Source: Bacteroidales bacterium
Lineage (GTDB): Bacteria > Bacteroidota > Bacteroidia > Bacteroidales > VadinHA17
NCBI GenBank assembly: GCA_035414025.1
Contig: DAONXX010000001.1
Location: 31,392-95,391 of the forward strand
Reading direction: 5' to 3'
DNA: 64,000 nt
Under the pieces are notes generated by a model. It saw nothing but the letters and a program-made list of their open reading frames with translations, made no database searches and was not told where the DNA came from. Below are positions 9,783 through 18,997 of this stretch, one piece after another. The stretch's first letter is position 1. Every line of letters begins with the position of its first letter. The translations under genes and the position numbers were made by a program.

Positions 9783-9812
9783 AAACCTAAAGGTCCGGTG
9801 ATCTTTAGGTTT
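9783..9812 (+). terminator. intrinsic terminator-like hairpin after hup and the micro-ORF
   Basis: AAACCTAAAGGTC / GATCTTTAGGTTT forms a 13-bp stem with one G.U pair and a CGGT tetraloop. The 3' arm ends in TTT and is followed by GTTGT. Confidence 0.6.
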
Positions 9813-9867
9813 GTTGTATATGGGTGTCGGGGATTGATAGTGATGTATTACCTATGATTTAATACAA

Positions 9868-11427
9868 GTGGCAAATAAGGATCTGATCATCGATGTTGGG
9901 GATACTGAGATCTCTCTGGCATTACTGGATGACAAGCAGTTAGTTGAACTAAATAAGGAAAAGCGTAACATAAAGTTCTCTGTCGGGGATATTTACCTTG
10001 GAAAGGTAAAAAAGATTATGCCCGGACTTAATGCAGCTTTTATAAATGTTGGTTACGAGCGTGACGCCTTTCTTCATTATCTTGATCTGGGTGCGCAGTT
10101 TAGGACCCAGCAAAAATATTATGCTTCAGCGCTTCAGAGGCAGGGTAAGGTGACTTCTGTCCATAAATTCAAACCTGAATCCGATATAGATAAAGATGGC
10201 AAGATCACTGATGTGCTCACTCAGGGACAGACAGTAATAGTCCAGATAACAAAAGAACCGATTTCAACAAAAGGGCCAAGGCTTGCATCTGAAATTTCTC
10301 TTGCAGGAAGGAACCTTGTTCTGATACCATTCTCTGATAAGGTCTCAATTTCATCAAAGATCGAGAATATTGAAGAGAAAAATCGCCTGAAGACTCTTTT
10401 ACAGAGCATTAAGCCCCGTAATTATGGGATAATTGTACGTACGGCAGCTGAAGGAAAAAAAGTTGCCGTGCTTGATGCCGAGTTACGTGAACTGGTAAGG
10501 AAATGGGAATCTGCCTTTTCTTCAGTTAAAAAGGAGATCAAAACGCCCAGACTCTTTATAGGAGAGATGAACAGAACAACTGCTATGGTACGTGATATGC
10601 TTAACGTGACTTTTAACAGCATTCATATAAATGATCATACTCTCTTTGAGGAAGTCCGTTCATACATCAAAGAGATAGCTCCGGAAAAATCAGGAATAGT
10701 AAAACTGTTTAAAGGTACTATTCCGATATTTGATCATTTTGGCATCAATAAGCAGATCAAGGCACTTTTTGGTAAAACAGTTTCCTTCAAGCATGGGGCA
10801 TATCTTATTATAGATCACACTGAAGCTCTGCATGTAATTGACGTAAACAGCGGGAACCGCTCAAGGACAGGGAATGACCAGGAACTTAATGCCCTTGAGG
10901 TCAATATGGAAGCAGCAACTGAAATAGCCCGGCAACTGAGACTAAGGGATATGGGCGGAATCATTGTGATCGATTTCATTGATATGCAGACAAACGAAAA
11001 TAAGCATTTGCTCTATGAAAGGATGAAAGAGCTGATGGCTAGCGACAGGACTAAACATAACATACTTCCGCTCACCAAGTTCGGTCTTATGCAGATAACA
11101 AGGCAGAGAGTCAGGCCGGAGATGAAAATCATTACGGATGAAAAGTGTCCGGCCTGCCAGGGTACTGGTGAAATTAAACCGACAATACTTTTCACCGATG
11201 AGCTTGAAAGTATGCTGGCTTTCATTGTTGGCAAGATAAAAACAAAGAAACTTTTTTTAAATGTCCATCCTTTTGTGGCTTCTTACCTGACTAAGGGATT
11301 ATTCCCGGTCTTCCTGAAATGGAATCTGAAATACAAAATAATAATCAAGGTACAGGCTGCTACCTCGTATCATATGCTTGAGTACCATTTTTACGACAGG
11401 TTTGAAAACGAGATAGACCTTCCTTAG
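9868..11427 (+). CDS. rng: ribonuclease E/G family protein (RNase G)
   Basis: 519 aa with a GTG start. S1 domain GDIYLGKVKKIMPGLNAAFINVG, catalytic region IDVNSG, and a Zn-link-like CPACQGTG. Confidence 0.9.
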   Translation: MANKDLIIDVGDTEISLALLDDKQLVELNKEKRNIKFSVGDIYLGKVKKIMPGLNAAFINVGYERDAFLHYLDLGAQFRTQQKYYASALQRQGKVTSVHKFKPESDIDKDGKITDVLTQGQTVIVQITKEPISTKGPRLASEISLAGRNLVLIPFSDKVSISSKIENIEEKNRLKTLLQSIKPRNYGIIVRTAAEGKKVAVLDAELRELVRKWESAFSSVKKEIKTPRLFIGEMNRTTAMVRDMLNVTFNSIHINDHTLFEEVRSYIKEIAPEKSGIVKLFKGTIPIFDHFGINKQIKALFGKTVSFKHGAYLIIDHTEALHVIDVNSGNRSRTGNDQELNALEVNMEAATEIARQLRLRDMGGIIVIDFIDMQTNENKHLLYERMKELMASDRTKHNILPLTKFGLMQITRQRVRPEMKIITDEKCPACQGTGEIKPTILFTDELESMLAFIVGKIKTKKLFLNVHPFVASYLTKGLFPVFLKWNLKYKIIIKVQAATSYHMLEYHFYDRFENEIDLP

Positions 11428-11493
11428 CATCATAACTTCCCGGGCAGATTCTCTGCTGAACATTTTCTGTCGTCTTTTGTTTTTATCTTTTGT

Positions 11494-11501
11494 TACTTTT
11501 G
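11494..11501 (+). promoter_or_regulatory. candidate -7 promoter element TACTTTTG for dsbD
   Basis: Exact TAnnTTTG match 21 nt upstream of the ATG at 11522. This argues against the track TTG start at 11477. Confidence 0.4.
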
Positions 11502-11521
11502 GGAAAAGAAAAATAATAACT

Positions 11522-13507
11522 ATGCCTGGCAAAAGAATTCTTGTCATCCCCCTGATCATTATGTCCCTGACTCTTCAGGCTCAGATATTTGATCCTGTAA
11601 CATGGGAATTCGGTTATGAAAAGAAAGGAGAGGGGAATTATGAACTTATAATAACTGCCTTCATTGAGAAAGGATCTCATATTTATTCGATGGATACCCC
11701 TGAAGGCGGACCCATCCCCACATCCATAACGATCAATACTTCAGATAATTTTAAATCCGAAGGGGAAGCTTATGAGGCTACAGCGCCTAAGGAAGTGTTT
11801 GATGAAGCTTTCGGCCTTACGATAAAATCACACAGTAACAAAGCTGAGTTCAGGAAGAGAATAATATCATCATCTGCTTCTTTTACTGTTGATGGCATTG
11901 TGTCATACATGGCTTGCAATAATGTAACGTGTTCACCGCCAAAAGATGTAGATTTCAGCATCAGGATAGGAGAGGCCGGAAGTATATCTGATTTGGCATC
12001 TCCTGGCATAACGTCTTCAAAACCAGCAAGAAAAGGTTTGCTCAGCTTTTTTCTGATATCTATGCTTGCCGGATTTGCAGGCATACTGACCCCATGTGTT
12101 TTTCCGATGATACCGCTTACCGTGGCCTTTTTTTCACAGGGTTCTGATACAAAGGCGAAATCTTTTCTGAAAGCTGGCATATTCGGGCTTTCAATAATTC
12201 TGATCTATTCATCCCTGGGGATAATAGTGTCGCTTACTAGTGCCGGTGCAGGATTTGCATCTGCTCTCAGCACCCACTGGATACCCAATATTATATTCTT
12301 TACCCTGTTTGTGATTTTTGCGGTTTCTTTTTTTGGTGCTTTTGAGATAGTGCTTCCATCAAAATGGGCTACCGGCTTTGACAACAGGGTTGACAGGGGA
12401 GGAATGCTTGCTGCTTTTTTCATGGGATTGACAACAGTTATAGTATCATTTTCCTGTACGGGCCCCATAGTAGGAGCGCTTCTTGTTGAAGCAGTATCGG
12501 GAGATGTATTAAAACCAACAATCGGGATGTTCGGTTTCGGACTTGCCTTTGCACTGCCATTCACGCTCTTTGCGGTTTTCCCGTCAATGCTTGGTAAGAT
12601 GGCAAAATCAGGCGGATGGCTGAATTCCGTCAAAGTAGTACTTGGTTTCATTATGCTGGCCTTCAGCATGAAATTTCTTTCAACAATTGATAGTGTTTAT
12701 AGCCTGGGATTGATTTCAAGAGATCTGTTCCTTTCTGTCTGGATTGTGCTCTTTACACTTATGGGGCTTTATCTGATGGGCAAAATAAAGCTGGCGCATG
12801 ACAGCGGTCCGGATCATATCGGGGTTTTCAGACTTTTTTTAATTATAGCTGTTTTTACTTTTGTGGTTTATATGATCCCGGGCCTGTTCGGAGCTCCGCT
12901 TAAAGGATTATCAGCTTTTCTGCCTTCCCAGAGATCTTCCTGGTTCAGCAACAGGGAGAAAGCTCCGGTAAATGCTGCTTCTTCAACACCATTCTTTCAG
13001 GAACTTAAAATTAGTTCGCAATGTTTCGAACCAAAATACGCCGATAAATTCGAAATGCCGTTTGGATTAACAGGTTATTTCGATTATGAGCAGGGACTTG
13101 CATGCGCAAAAGAACAAAATAAACCGGCTTTGCTTGATTTCAAAGGACATGCCTGCGCCAATTGTAAACTGATGGAGGCAAAGGTCTGGTCAGATCCTGA
13201 AGTACTCAGGAGACTGCGCGACAATTTTGTGATAATTTCACTTTATGTTGACGACAGGACCCAGCTTCCTGAAAATGAATGGATCGTATCAGCGATAGAT
13301 GGAAAACAGAAGAAGACAATAGGAAAACAGAATGAAGATCTTGAGATAACTAAATTCAGGACCAATTCCCTTCCCCTTTATGTTATAACCGACTTTGAAG
13401 GTAATCCCCTCAATGAACCGATGATAACCAACCTTAATATCGGGGAATATAAAAACTGGCTTGACGACGGATACAGGAATTTCTCAGAAGCATCATACGG
13501 GAAATGA
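11522..13507 (+). CDS. dsbD: thiol:disulfide interchange protein DsbD (cytochrome c biogenesis DsbD + thioredoxin domain)
   Basis: Signal peptide MPGKRILVIPLIIMSLTLQAQ. The membrane core contains CVFPMIPLT and FSCTGP. The C-terminal thioredoxin fold carries CANC. Confidence 0.85.
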   Translation: MPGKRILVIPLIIMSLTLQAQIFDPVTWEFGYEKKGEGNYELIITAFIEKGSHIYSMDTPEGGPIPTSITINTSDNFKSEGEAYEATAPKEVFDEAFGLTIKSHSNKAEFRKRIISSSASFTVDGIVSYMACNNVTCSPPKDVDFSIRIGEAGSISDLASPGITSSKPARKGLLSFFLISMLAGFAGILTPCVFPMIPLTVAFFSQGSDTKAKSFLKAGIFGLSIILIYSSLGIIVSLTSAGAGFASALSTHWIPNIIFFTLFVIFAVSFFGAFEIVLPSKWATGFDNRVDRGGMLAAFFMGLTTVIVSFSCTGPIVGALLVEAVSGDVLKPTIGMFGFGLAFALPFTLFAVFPSMLGKMAKSGGWLNSVKVVLGFIMLAFSMKFLSTIDSVYSLGLISRDLFLSVWIVLFTLMGLYLMGKIKLAHDSGPDHIGVFRLFLIIAVFTFVVYMIPGLFGAPLKGLSAFLPSQRSSWFSNREKAPVNAASSTPFFQELKISSQCFEPKYADKFEMPFGLTGYFDYEQGLACAKEQNKPALLDFKGHACANCKLMEAKVWSDPEVLRRLRDNFVIISLYVDDRTQLPENEWIVSAIDGKQKKTIGKQNEDLEITKFRTNSLPLYVITDFEGNPLNEPMITNLNIGEYKNWLDDGYRNFSEASYGK

Positions 13508-13665
13508 CCAGAGTACTTTTCTGCTGATTTTCATCCACCCAGAACATTGTTTTATGGACTCTTTCAGGGGGTTCATGAAAATGGGGTTTATTATTATTGC
13601 TTTTTGATAAAAATAAGTATACTTTTACATTAAGTGTCAATCAGATCAATAGTAATCGTTTTAAA

Positions 13666-14145
13666 ATGAGACGGTTTGTATTGTTTATTTTAGGCTCATT
13701 TCTTTTTATTCCGGTAATGTCACAGGTTGCCAGGCAGGATGTTATTACCAGTGCCGGAGGCTATAACAGTGCAGCAGGTGTCTCACTGAGCTGGACTCTT
13801 GGTGAAATGATAGTTCCGACTTTTTCCTCATCCAACCTGATACTGACTCATGGTTTTCAGCAGCTGATAATAACCCCTGTACAGAAAAATCTTGAATCTC
13901 TTGTAAAGATTACGATATATCCGAATCCTGCAGTTGATGTTATCAACCTGCTTTTAGATAAAACCCTTGAAGGAGAAATTGAAATAGCTGTTATTGATTA
14001 TATGGGCAGGCTTGTAAGAACTGATTTTATGGAAGCATTCATGATTGAGAAACAGATCAATATGCAGGATCTGCCGGGTGGCATCTATTTCCTGAGAATT
14101 ACGGAAGGCAGATTAAGTAACATATATAAGATTGTGAAACTTTGA
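13666..14145 (+). CDS. small secreted protein with T9SS C-terminal sorting domain
   Basis: Signal peptide MRRFVLFILGSFLFIPVMSQ. The C-terminal 80 aa (ITIYPNPAVDVINL...GGIYFLRI...YKIVKL) matches the type A CTD pattern. Confidence 0.7.
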   Translation: MRRFVLFILGSFLFIPVMSQVARQDVITSAGGYNSAAGVSLSWTLGEMIVPTFSSSNLILTHGFQQLIITPVQKNLESLVKITIYPNPAVDVINLLLDKTLEGEIEIAVIDYMGRLVRTDFMEAFMIEKQINMQDLPGGIYFLRITEGRLSNIYKIVKL

Positions 14146-14193
14146 AGAAGTTTTTACAGTCCAAAACAAATTTTCTATTGTTTTCACTGAGTA

Positions 14194-14217
14194 CCCCCTG
14201 TTCTTCAGAGGGTTTTT
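14194..14217 (+). terminator. intrinsic terminator-like hairpin
   Basis: CCCCCTG-TTCTT-CAGAGGG gives a 7-bp stem with one mismatch, followed by TTTTT. It lies 49 nt after the stop at 14145. Confidence 0.5.
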
Positions 14218-14418
14218 GCTTTCTGCCCTTATCCTGCAATGGACTGATCATACTCGTGGAACTATTTGCTCCGGGGAGGGCTGACAATAACAGCATGTTA
14301 TAACTATGTAAATGGAGCATATTTAATTAAAGGTGTGTTAATTAAAGTTAAATAAAAGAACAATTTTAATCAAGCAATTCAAAATTATTATATTGTATTA
14401 ATTCACATAGGACCAGGC

Positions 14419-15630
14419 ATGAAAAACAACATTTTGATTTTTCTTTTTGTTTTAATCTTTTCTTCATGCGGAAATACTGAGAATAATCTTTCCAAAAAGG
14501 CAGACAGGATTCATAGAAAGATTCTTACTGTTGATATGCATTGTGATACCCCTTTAAATCTGGTAGGATCTGATTTTGATCCTGGAAAAAGGAATAATGA
14601 GGGTTGTGTTGATTTTCCAAGGATGATTGAAGGTGGTCTCGATTCAGAATTCTTTGCAATATTTATCAGTCAGGGTGCCAGGAATGATACTGCATATCAG
14701 AATGCTCATAAAACTGCACTAGAGATGTTTGACGCGATTCATAAAAGCCTTGAGAAAAACTCTGCTCTGGCTGAGCTGGCACTGACTCCTGATGATGCCC
14801 TGAAGATAAAGAAGAAAAAGAAAAGGGCTATATTCATATGCCTTGAGAACGGCTATCCGATTGGCAGGAACCTTGACCGTATAAGGGAGTACTATGATCT
14901 GGGGGCAAGATATATAACTCTTTGTCATTCAGGAAATAATGATATATGTGATTCATCAAATGATCCAAGAGGCCCTGAAAACAACGGTCTCTCACCTTTT
15001 GGTGAAGAAGTTGTTAAAAAGATGAATGAAACAGGGATGATTGTCGATGTGTCTCACATTTCTGACGAATCATTTTTTGATGTTCTTAAAGTTTCAAAAG
15101 CTCCTGTTATAGCATCACATTCATCCTGCCGGGCTCTTTGTTCAAGTCCCCGCAATCTGACTGATGAGATGCTCCTGGCACTCAAGGAAAATGGTGGTGT
15201 AATACATATATGTATTTTGAGCAACTTTATCAAAACACCAGAGCCTAATCCCGAACTCAATGCAAAGCTCAAAGAGCATAAAGAGAGTTGGGGAGATATA
15301 AAAAAGCTCACGCAGGAGCAGCAGAAAGAGTATCGTTCTCAGAGAAAGGAATTACAGAGCAAATACAAGAGGCTGGCCACCGTAGCTGATGTGGTAGATC
15401 ATATTGATCATGTTGTTCAGGTAATCGGCATTGATTATGTAGGTATTGGGACAGATTTTGACGGAGGAGGAGCAGTAGAAGGATGCAGTTCGGTAGCAGA
15501 AATGAAAAATATCACCCTTGAATTATTAAGAAGGGGATGCTCCAAATCAGATATCAAAAAGATCTGGGGAGCTAATTCAATGAGAGTGTTTCGCGAAGTA
15601 GAAGCGATTGCTGAAAAAGACAAGATTTGA
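14419..15630 (+). CDS. membrane dipeptidase (peptidase family M19), lipoprotein
   Basis: Motifs DMHCDTP, DVSH, ASHSS and GIGTDFDGG. Lipobox FSSCG. Confidence 0.9.
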   Translation: MKNNILIFLFVLIFSSCGNTENNLSKKADRIHRKILTVDMHCDTPLNLVGSDFDPGKRNNEGCVDFPRMIEGGLDSEFFAIFISQGARNDTAYQNAHKTALEMFDAIHKSLEKNSALAELALTPDDALKIKKKKKRAIFICLENGYPIGRNLDRIREYYDLGARYITLCHSGNNDICDSSNDPRGPENNGLSPFGEEVVKKMNETGMIVDVSHISDESFFDVLKVSKAPVIASHSSCRALCSSPRNLTDEMLLALKENGGVIHICILSNFIKTPEPNPELNAKLKEHKESWGDIKKLTQEQQKEYRSQRKELQSKYKRLATVADVVDHIDHVVQVIGIDYVGIGTDFDGGGAVEGCSSVAEMKNITLELLRRGCSKSDIKKIWGANSMRVFREVEAIAEKDKI

Positions 15631-15651
15631 TCATTAGTTGCTTCGGTTCAA

Positions 15652-16728
15652 TCAGATCCTTACACGCGAGAATCTCAATGATTTTAAAATCCAGTTGGGC
15701 AAGGGCTTGAAGGCTCTCTTACGGAGATCAATATACCATCCGATTTTCTTCAGCACAGGCAGCCTGTGTGATTCAACAAATTCAATCAGGGTTCCGTCAG
15801 GATCTTCGATATAAGAAAAATGTCCTGCGGCAGTACCCATGTCAAAGCTGTTTCCTTCAAAACTTTCTTTGCTGTCTACTGTAAACGGGTAGTCTCTGCT
15901 TAGGCAATAGCTCTTAAGTTCATCCATTCCCCGGATATCAAAACAAAGATGCATAAATCCGGGATCACCCCAGAAGCGTCCTTCATATTTTTTCTTTCCC
16001 GGTTTGCCAACAGAGCTTATCAGTTCAATCTGGCTCTGGCCGAAGACCCTTGAGAACGGGCCGTTGAAGGGCTTCGATGTTTTTAACAAGACCCTTCGGA
16101 TCTTCTTATCTCCTCCGGGAAGGGATGAGAGATCCGGGAAAACATCGGTTTTATCATATACAACATGACCATAGCCAAGTATGTCTGAGTAAAGGACCCT
16201 TGACTTTTCAACATCAGAGACTCCAATTATTACGCCACTGGAACCACCTGTTTCCTTTTTTTCATTAATGAACCAGTTAGTTCCTTCCTCCATCTGGAAA
16301 ATATTGTCATATGGATCTTTCAGGAAGAATGTTTTCTTTCCTGAGGGATCCTGTTCGGGTTCACCTAAGAGCCTGACATTATTATTTTTCAGGAATGCAT
16401 AAGCTTTGTCAATGGTTTTTACTTTCATTTTACAGGCTAGTATGCCGGTATCGCCCAGTCTGATCTCTTCCTTTATTTCCTGGGGTTCCCGGTCCTTATA
16501 CTGCCATATCTCAAATCCTCCTCCACTCTGAAGGTTCAATGCAAGCACAGCACGACGGCTTCTCGGTTTTCCCCCTGTATAGCGCAGCATCAGTCTGGCC
16601 TCTGAATCTTCATCAAATATCCGGCAGTCCATTCCAAAATTGCGGATGTAATACTTCCAGGCTTCCTTAAGGTTTTTTACCCCAATCCCTATCTGTTGTA
16701 TCCCGCAGATCTTATATCCTTTTTTCAT
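15652..16728 (-). CDS. VOC (glyoxalase/bleomycin-resistance/dioxygenase) family protein, two-module
   Basis: About 358 aa from the ATG at 16728. There are two glyoxalase-like modules (GIQQIGIGVKNLKEAWKYY... and GVIIGVSDVEKSRVLYSDILGY...). The family call is from pattern only. Confidence 0.65.
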   Translation of the reverse strand: MKKGYKICGIQQIGIGVKNLKEAWKYYIRNFGMDCRIFDEDSEARLMLRYTGGKPRSRRAVLALNLQSGGGFEIWQYKDREPQEIKEEIRLGDTGILACKMKVKTIDKAYAFLKNNNVRLLGEPEQDPSGKKTFFLKDPYDNIFQMEEGTNWFINEKKETGGSSGVIIGVSDVEKSRVLYSDILGYGHVVYDKTDVFPDLSSLPGGDKKIRRVLLKTSKPFNGPFSRVFGQSQIELISSVGKPGKKKYEGRFWGDPGFMHLCFDIRGMDELKSYCLSRDYPFTVDSKESFEGNSFDMGTAAGHFSYIEDPDGTLIEFVESHRLPVLKKIGWYIDLRKRAFKPLPNWILKSLRFSRVRI

Positions 16729-16739
16729 TTTGTTTTTTC

Positions 16740-17543
16740 TTATGTTGATTTTATTTTGTCTCCTATTCTGAAAAACAACCATGGACACAGCCTTCTGATA
16801 TAAAGCATTATCAGTTCTTTACCTCCGACAAGTATCTCTCTCTTGTTTTTCAGGATACCGCGAATAATAGTTTCAGCGGCTTTTTGAGGTGAAATTCCTT
16901 TGTTGAGGCCTTCATCCATCTGACCATGCTCTTTTCCTTCGTGGTTCAAAGCATGATAGGAAATATTGGTTCTTACCCTGCCGGGGATTATAACTGAGGT
17001 CCTGATATTATTTTTCTTATTTTCCAGGAAAACTGTTTCAAAAAAACCATGAAGAGCCTGTTTTGAAGCTGAATATGCCGAACGTAGCGGAAAGCCGAAA
17101 CGTCCCGCAATGCTGCTCGTAGCAGCGATATGTCCGGATTTTTGTCTGATCATATATGGCAATATTGCTTTTGTCAATGCAATAGTTCCGAAGTAATTTA
17201 TTTCGAATATTTTACGGTCGAGCCACAGGGGGGTTTCATCAGCCCTTGCCCGTTGGCTTATACCTCCGATATTCAACAGGTAGTCTATATTTCCGACCTT
17301 ATTGATCTGTTGTTCAACAAGGTTTTCAATAGCTGAAGTCTCTGCCAGATCGAAGGGAACGCATATTACATTACTTGCTTTTTCACCGCAGGCTTTTCTG
17401 ACCCTTTCAAGTCCGGATTCATCATTTGATGATATGATCACTTTAGCACTTCGCTTAACAAATTCATAAACTAGTGCTTCTCCTATGCCGGATGAAGCTC
17501 CTGTTATCCAGACATTCTTGCCTTGGAAAGTAATTTTGGTCAT
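16740..17543 (-). CDS. SDR family oxidoreductase
   Basis: TGASSGIGEA cofactor motif and YSASK catalytic motif. 267 aa. Confidence 0.9.
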   Translation of the reverse strand: MTKITFQGKNVWITGASSGIGEALVYEFVKRSAKVIISSNDESGLERVRKACGEKASNVICVPFDLAETSAIENLVEQQINKVGNIDYLLNIGGISQRARADETPLWLDRKIFEINYFGTIALTKAILPYMIRQKSGHIAATSSIAGRFGFPLRSAYSASKQALHGFFETVFLENKKNNIRTSVIIPGRVRTNISYHALNHEGKEHGQMDEGLNKGISPQKAAETIIRGILKNKREILVGGKELIMLYIRRLCPWLFFRIGDKIKST

Positions 17544-17546
17544 GTT

Positions 17547-18878
17547 TTAAAGCGCTGTTACAATACTTAATAATTCGTCATAATCCCTTTTAAGGTCAAT
17601 ATACTCCTGATTTCGAGTCCGAAGATAGTTTATAATTCGGAATCCACCGATTATTCTCTTTAGTTCAAGATAATAATACCATGAAAAAAGACCGGCAAGC
17701 GGTATTGTCAGGAAGATTAATAAAGAAATCCACCAGGGGGAGAAGATAACAAATGTAAGTAACAGAAACAAGGGTGTCAGAATAATAGCAAGAGCAAGGG
17801 AAAATCCGAATTTCATTGTACTGTGAAACTGGACATCTTTTATTTTCCTGGTCTGGTAGTTTGGAATTAAAAAGAATGTAAGGTTAAAGATATTACCGTA
17901 AAGGAACAGGGGCAGGGAAGCAATAAGCCCGGCGCTTTTGGCCAGGAGCCATCCTGGAGAGTGTTTTTCTTTCGAGAGAAGTCTGTAATCAGTTTTCAGC
18001 TCCCCGGCTTTCTGTTTTATTCTGAGGCTGAGAGAGCATATTTTCTTATACAAAGAGAGATTAGTGTTTTTAAGTGCGTTTATCTTATCGATTAATATTT
18101 TGTCCCGAAACAGTTTAGGGAACTTCACATCATCGCTGTGTTGTCCGTTGATAAGTGACCTGAGCTCGTCAATAGCTTCATAATCCTCTACCGATTCGAT
18201 ATGCACCATTACTTTTTTCATTTCATCTGAGAGTCTTTTTTTTAGCTTATTCATTGCCATATCATGACTCTTTTTGTAAACCTCATAAAACTCGGAGATC
18301 TCAACTGGTTTTCCGAATGCAACGGTAAGAACCTGTCTGTATCTTGTATAGTGGCTAAACTCGAGTCCAACAGGTATGATTTTTATATTCAGATTGAAAT
18401 CTGATGCTTCATCGGCCTGGAATGCTATTCTGCAGATGCCTTTTTTCAGTTGTCTCAGTCTCCTGAAGCCTTCATGGTTACCTTCAGGAAGTATTACAAG
18501 ACCATTTTTATTACGTAATACACTGATAGTTTTTTTAAATATCTCCTCGTTGCCCTTAAGGGAATTGAATCCGTCCCTTATTCTGAATACAGGCAGCATT
18601 TTCAGGTAATAAAGTATTGAGGATACGAATTTCTTTTTGAATATATCGGCACGCATAAGGAAGACAGGCTGGGTTTTCAGGGTGTTGTAGACTATTGCCA
18701 GAGCATCCATCAGGGCATTCTGATGATTTGGTGCAAAAATAAGGTGGTCGTCAGGATTAAAGTTTTCACGTCCGCTTACGATCACCTTCCTGTAATATAC
18801 ATTATTATGCCAGAAACCTGTAATTTTCCTTATTAATTCATACCCTATGGAATACTTCTCAATGTTTTCCTTACCCAT
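17547..18878 (-). CDS. lysophospholipid/glycerol acyltransferase (PlsC-family) with C-terminal membrane domain
   Basis: Acyltransferase motif-like APNHQNALMD and ILPEGNHEG. The C-terminal ~120 aa are hydrophobic. The gene ends 3 nt before the SDR gene. Confidence 0.75.
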   Translation of the reverse strand: MGKENIEKYSIGYELIRKITGFWHNNVYYRKVIVSGRENFNPDDHLIFAPNHQNALMDALAIVYNTLKTQPVFLMRADIFKKKFVSSILYYLKMLPVFRIRDGFNSLKGNEEIFKKTISVLRNKNGLVILPEGNHEGFRRLRQLKKGICRIAFQADEASDFNLNIKIIPVGLEFSHYTRYRQVLTVAFGKPVEISEFYEVYKKSHDMAMNKLKKRLSDEMKKVMVHIESVEDYEAIDELRSLINGQHSDDVKFPKLFRDKILIDKINALKNTNLSLYKKICSLSLRIKQKAGELKTDYRLLSKEKHSPGWLLAKSAGLIASLPLFLYGNIFNLTFFLIPNYQTRKIKDVQFHSTMKFGFSLALAIILTPLFLLLTFVIFSPWWISLLIFLTIPLAGLFSWYYYLELKRIIGGFRIINYLRTRNQEYIDLKRDYDELLSIVTAL

Positions 18879-18902
18879 TCCGTGAAAGACTTATTTGCTT
18901 TG

Positions 18903-18919
18903 ATTGTGATGATCACAAT
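18903..18919. promoter_or_regulatory. perfect 17-bp palindrome ATTGTGAT-G-ATCACAAT (operator candidate)
   Basis: 8+1+8 perfect dyad, 25 nt upstream of the acyltransferase start codon at 18878 (minus strand). Confidence 0.35.
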
Positions 18920-18997
18920 TCGCGGATTATTGCAATGTATAAAAAATTGATTTATTGAATGGCTAATTACTTTAATATACGTCTTTATACCACTCTG

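Noticed and set aside
14099-14320. A 73-aa minus-strand ORF covering the non-coding region after the T9SS mini-cargo gene.
   Set aside because: - It overlaps the 3' end of the plus-strand gene.
- It has no signal, motif or promoter element, and its sequence is compositionally odd.
- It is kept only as part of the 'unexplained DNA' finding.
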